Part shown: positions 59,829 through 64,000 of the stretch, piece after piece
How the letters are laid out: every line of letters starts with the position of its first letter
How positions within the stretch are numbered: the stretch's first letter is position 1
NCBI GenBank assembly: GCA_020184695.1
Contig: JAANOX010000121.1
Span: forward strand, 133,279 to 197,278
Direction: 5' to 3'
Length of the DNA: 64,000 nucleotides
Source of the DNA: Histomonas meleagridis 2922-C6/04-290x
Lineage: Eukaryota > Protista > Parabasalia
Translations under genes and position numbers: made by a program
The notes under the pieces: model-generated
What the model was told of the DNA's origin: nothing
Database searches by the model: none
Seen by the model: only the letters and a program-made list of their open reading frames with translations

Positions 59829-61217
59829 TTAAAACAAAAATAATATTAGCAAAGAAAAAATACTTGCACCAAAAGCAAGTGTAACAGTTTTTGAAGTAGA
59901 TCTTAATGGAAATGAATTTGATGTAATATTTGAGTTCGTGATTGAGTTAGAATATATGTTAGAATTTGTATATGATACAGAAGATGCATTTGCTGTTGTA
60001 AATGCATTCGATCGTGTATTTGAGTTAGATTGTGTATTTGAGTTAGATTGTGTAAATGAGTTTGATTGTGTAAATGAGTTTGATTGTGTAAATGTATGTG
60101 TTGGCCATGGATTACAATTTTCGATTGTTGTTCCTTTTGATACATTAAATACACCAAATTTTGTTGAATTATATGAATCTAATGTCATTACACATTTGAC
60201 AGGACAATTAGCAAATGCATAATTACTAATATTAGGTTGTGAGTGGCCATAATAATAAACACAATATAGAGATGTACATTCATAAAATGCTAGTTTCTCA
60301 ATTGAAACCACATTTTCACCTATAATAACAACTGATAAATTAGAACAACCCTCAAAAAGATATGAACTGATAGTAGTTAATGAATTTGGAATTTCGATAC
60401 TTTTAAGAGAAATACAATAGGCAAATGCATCGTGCTCAATTGTAGTTATGTTATTTCCAAAAATAACATCTGATAATTTTAAACATAGATAAAAAGCAAG
60501 CATTTTAATTGTAGAGAGTGAATTTGGTAATTTAATTCGTTCAAGTGAAGATTCAGCAAATGATTCCCCACCAATACTAATCAGATTTTCGTTAAAAATT
60601 ACTTCTTTTAAGTTAAGGCAACGAGAAAATGCTTTATCTCCTATTATAGACAGTGATTTAGGAAATTTAATTCTTGCAAGTAGAACGCATTCATAAAATG
60701 AAAAATTGCTAATTGATGTTAGATTTTCTCCAAAAATTACTTCAGACAAATTTTCACAATTATAAAATGCAAATTCTTCAATGGTATATAGCGAATTTGG
60801 TAAATTAATGGTTTCAAGTGCTGAGCATTCAGCAAATGAATGTTGAGAAATTTTAATCAATTTTTCATTTAAAATAACTTTTGATAATTTAGTGCAGTTA
60901 TGAAATGCACCTTCACCAACCGTATTAACATTTTGGCCAAAGGTAACATTTGTTAAATTTTTGCAATTATAAAATGTCTTATTACCAATTAGAGAAACTG
61001 AATTTCCAATTTTAGCAGATGCAAGTTTCATCCACCCACTAAATACACCAGGCGGTATTGAAGTAATATTATCAGCAATAATCAAAAATAATGTTTCATT
61101 TTTATAGAGTGTTGTATTTGTAAAATCATCTGAAGTTTTTATTGTAAGTGTTTTTGTTGTATTATCAAATATTCCAAATGTGGGTATAATTAGAAAGCAA
61201 AATATCTGAACAATCAT
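59829..61217 (-). CDS. BspA-like (TpLRR) surface protein, copy C
   Basis: Intact 462-aa ORF: signal peptide, about 12 TpLRRs, TQSN stalk, hydrophobic C-terminus. Confidence 0.92.
   Translation of the reverse strand: MIVQIFCFLIIPTFGIFDNTTKTLTIKTSDDFTNTTLYKNETLFLIIADNITSIPPGVFSGWMKLASAKIGNSVSLIGNKTFYNCKNLTNVTFGQNVNTVGEGAFHNCTKLSKVILNEKLIKISQHSFAECSALETINLPNSLYTIEEFAFYNCENLSEVIFGENLTSISNFSFYECVLLARIKFPKSLSIIGDKAFSRCLNLKEVIFNENLISIGGESFAESSLERIKLPNSLSTIKMLAFYLCLKLSDVIFGNNITTIEHDAFAYCISLKSIEIPNSLTTISSYLFEGCSNLSVVIIGENVVSIEKLAFYECTSLYCVYYYGHSQPNISNYAFANCPVKCVMTLDSYNSTKFGVFNVSKGTTIENCNPWPTHTFTQSNSFTQSNSFTQSNSNTQSNSNTRSNAFTTANASSVSYTNSNIYSNSITNSNITSNSFPLRSTSKTVTLAFGASIFSLLILFLF
60000..60089 (-). repeat. 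18-nt tandem repeat x5 (4 TQSN + TRSNAF)
   Basis: Counted directly. Confidence 0.9.
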
Positions 61218-61480
61218 TCCTTTCCTATGAAAACAATAATGAAAATGGTTTCTGAGTTCAAAAAATAAGACATAAAACTAAAATTATGATTCTAAAGTTT
61301 AAGACAAATACTTTCTTTCATAAATTATATCAAAAATTTCATTTCAAAAAAGAAATTACTGGTAAAAGAAAATAAATATCTTCAAAATGAAAATAAATTT
61401 TAATATAAAATACCTTTACTTTCAAGAAGTACCTTAACGATTTCTGTGTGTCCTTTTTTACATGCGAAAATTAGCGTTGT

Positions 61481-61560
61481 TTTAAATGATTCAAATAATT
61501 TCCAAATATTATTTAAAAATTTTAAATAATTAAAATAATCTTTAACTAAAAAATTTAAAT
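61481..61560 (-). other. Ankyrin insert (80 nt): ATT / 51 nt / TTT GGA / 17 nt / AAA
   Basis: Spacer removal gives SKN-IFGK-TTL; paralog of 15487-15566. Confidence 0.85.
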
Positions 61561-61650
61561 ATTTTTAGAATTTACATTAATTCCTTTTTGTTTAAGAAGC
61601 AATTTAATGGCATCTACTTGACCTGTTCTAGCTGCAATCATAAGTGCTGA

Positions 61651-61730
61651 GTTAAATAATTTGTATAATTTCCAAATATTACTTTGAAATATAAAATCAC
61701 ATAAATAAACTTTAAACAGAATAAATCAAT
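61651..61730 (-). other. Ankyrin insert (80 nt): ATT / 51 nt / TTT GGA / 17 nt / AAC
   Basis: Spacer removal gives SVD-IFGN-SAL. Confidence 0.85.
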
Positions 61731-62939
61731 ATCAACACTTTTTATATTAATATCTTTTCGTGAAAGAAGCATTTTAATTACACCAAGATGACCATTTTCA
61801 ATTGCTTTTATAAGTGCTGTATGAAATAATATGATTCAATTGATACTATATATTAAACTCGACTTGCGATTTCCACCCATCGTATATAGCGATCATCCTA
61901 CGATCTTGATATTATGGATATATAATATATATACATAGTTGTATATTTGATTAATAAAAAACTAAGAATTATATTATGATTAGCACGAGATAAATTTATT
62001 CTTTCATTCCAAAAAGTGACATTAATCGACATTTGCATGGTTTATGTTGAACGATAACAACAACGATAAGTGACGATAGGAACGAATTTGAATGACGGTA
62101 AATATTATCAAATTTTTACCTTTTATTCGATGAGATACGTTGTTTGTTTGTTTCTATCATTGTAATTTGTAAACAGTTAATTTAAATGATTCTTGGGTTG
62201 TTAAGAAATAGAAATATTGAAATTATATCATAGAATCGTGATTTGTTTTATATTCCAAATAATTATATGAAATCTTGATTTTCTTAAATTTATGAATTCA
62301 TTGAAAAAATGAATGATATGATAATTTACGTAACATCTTGATGATGTACTTATTTAACCTGTTTAATAATTTATGATCAATGAAATAGTTTCTGTATTAA
62401 TTCATCCTTGAAATATCTTGATGCAAACTATATATTTTTTTTGATATAAACAATTCTTGATCATTGAATTTATTTGATGTATTTTATGTTCTTTTATTTA
62501 ATTTTTGCATTTTAGCGAAATGTTCAATTTTATTGAGTAAATATCTATACAAATTTAATTTGCGAATTATCTTCGAAATATTGACTTGAGATACTTTTAT
62601 CATTTTCTTTATATCACATTACTTATGTGCTTTCGAATTTTAAATATATTACAGTCTTCAACTTATTTGACATTCTATGTAATGATGTTAATTTCTCTAT
62701 TTTTCCGAATATGATTCAATACCACGGTTTCTTGAGCAAGCTTTATTCTAAAATTGTTTTTGAGAACGATACGAGCTGATTGAGTGATTTTTATACGTCC
62801 ACTCATTCAAATTTGACTTTGAACCGCTTGAACATGTAAAATGATATAATTAAAATAATGAGAACAACAAGATAATTTTATTCTATTTGGTGTCAAACGA
62901 CCGTTTAGTAAATAGGAACCGTTCTAAAAAGTTAACTCC

Positions 62940-64000
62940 ATGGAGACAACAAGAGAAATTAAAGACGAGAACGGATAAACAATAAAATTTGAAGTAATTC
63001 CTGAAGTCTTTTATGCAGCTGTAATGAAGGCAAAAAAAAACCAGTTGTTTTTGTTACTATTTTTGGTTCATATCAAAATGGAAAATCAACAACTATAAAA
63101 TTACTTACAAGAGACAAAAGAACTATAACAGGAAATGGAGTGGTCGAAAGCACAAAAGGTGCCTTTATGTATGGACCAATTTCTTATAATGATTTTCGGA
63201 AAAGATTTGGAAAAGAAAGCGTAGAAGGCGATGAAACACAAATTTTTTTCATTGATACCGAAGGTAGTGATGGTTTTATGTCAGGTTCTCGAAATACTGA
63301 AGTTAATCGACATCTTATTTTCCAACTTATTGCACCATATGCCTCTATTAGCAATGTCCTCATTTCAATGTTTCCTGAGAATGTTACTATTGATTCTGCA
63401 ACAACGATTAAAGAAATAATTGATATTGTAAATCGGATTCGCAAAGGTTTACCCGCCGACAAAGTACGGACGCACTTGATTTCTTTAATATCAAACCTTT
63501 CTGGGTATAAACCTTCTGAATTTGATAAATTCCAAAACAAATGCATGAAAAAAATAATTAAAAAAAAGCTCAAATTCCAAGATCTTGGAATCAACGAAGC
63601 AATTCCACTTTCTTAATATAACATTAACAAAAGTCCATATGAACAAGATGCTATTTTTAATGAAGGATTTAAAATATTTGCTCAACATGTAATACAGCAT
63701 ATCGAAGTATCGCAAAAAGATTTTATACTAGAAGCCGAAGATTCAGTTCAAATGTTTCAGCAATTAGCTAATCTAACTGAAGAACAACAAATTACACAAA
63801 TCGTTGCAGAGTTATATCGCCAAGAATTACAAAAAGGCGTCGAAACAAAATGTTCACAAATAGTTGATCAAATTATTAATGAAAAAATCAAAGATTTGCA
63901 AAAATTAATTTCTGATATTCAAGATAAACTTAACAAAGGATTAAATGTTGAGTTACCTAAACTTAATGAAAATGAAATTTTTAATGAGTTATTCCAAAAA
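62940..64000 (+). pseudogene. Guanylate-binding protein/atlastin-like GTPase, disrupted; runs off the window
   Basis: P-loop FGSYQNGKST at about 63062-63091, STKG, IDTEG; TAA at 62976-62978 and 63614-63616, frameshift at the A9 run 63032-63040; the frame stays open for 128 codons after the second TAA. Confidence 0.75.

Larger units (their letters stand above)
61400..61823 (-). pseudogene. Ankyrin-repeat remnant (three modules, two inserts), no 5' end found
   Basis: TALIKAIENGHLGVIKMLLSRKDINIKSVD, SALMIAARTGQVDAIKLLLKQKGINVNSKN, TTLIFACKKGHTEIVKVLLESKG. Confidence 0.8.

Noticed and set aside
62976-63616. Genome-wide UAA-to-sense (e.g. Gln) reassignment suggested by three in-frame TAA codons (17002, 62976, 63614)
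   Set aside because: TAA terminates conserved genes at their expected ends (RPL7a, ubiquitin-L40, TyrRS, XDH, dynein), and long ORFs contain no internal TAA. The affected genes also carry frameshifts.

Overview
AT-rich eukaryotic nuclear DNA, almost certainly from a parabasalid (trichomonad-type protist). Evidence: T. vaginalis-type ubiquitin ([17 protein letters not shown]), BspA-like LRR proteins, a DUF3447/ankyrin gene, very short intergenic regions and Inr/M3/M5-like core promoters. No canonical GT-AG intron was evident. Core genes: BAR/SH3-like protein, tRNA-Arg(UCU), BEACH/WD40 protein, ORC3-like protein, cullin, HEAT protein, PQ-loop transporter, Rab, RPL7a, TyrRS, bromodomain protein, cytoplasmic dynein heavy chain, Ubl protein, xanthine dehydrogenase-family enzyme, NTPase, PDI-like protein, calnexin, ubiquitin-L40, HMG-box protein, U1C-like protein and an RRM protein. 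These are interspersed with three related, recombining accessory loci (about 12-17 kb, 51.5-53.8 kb and 59.8-61.8 kb) carrying BspA genes, a duplicated calnexin 3' end and ankyrin cassettes. A GBP-like pseudogene runs off the right end. The most striking signal is in the two ankyrin clusters. Ankyrin modules, typically exactly 30 codons, are separated by seven 80-82 nt AT-rich inserts with a fixed architecture: 3 nt + 51-53 nt spacer + 6 nt (usually TTT/TAT GGA) + exactly 17 nt spacer + 3 nt. They have no GT-AG ends. Removing only the two spacers restores the frame and rebuilds the canonical ankyrin hairpin (e.g. KN-IFGK-TAL, ED-FYGE-TAL) and 34-residue repeats. This suggests an unrecognised non-canonical splicing, recoding or excision system with a 6-nt micro-exon. 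The mechanism is inference and needs RNA or protein data.
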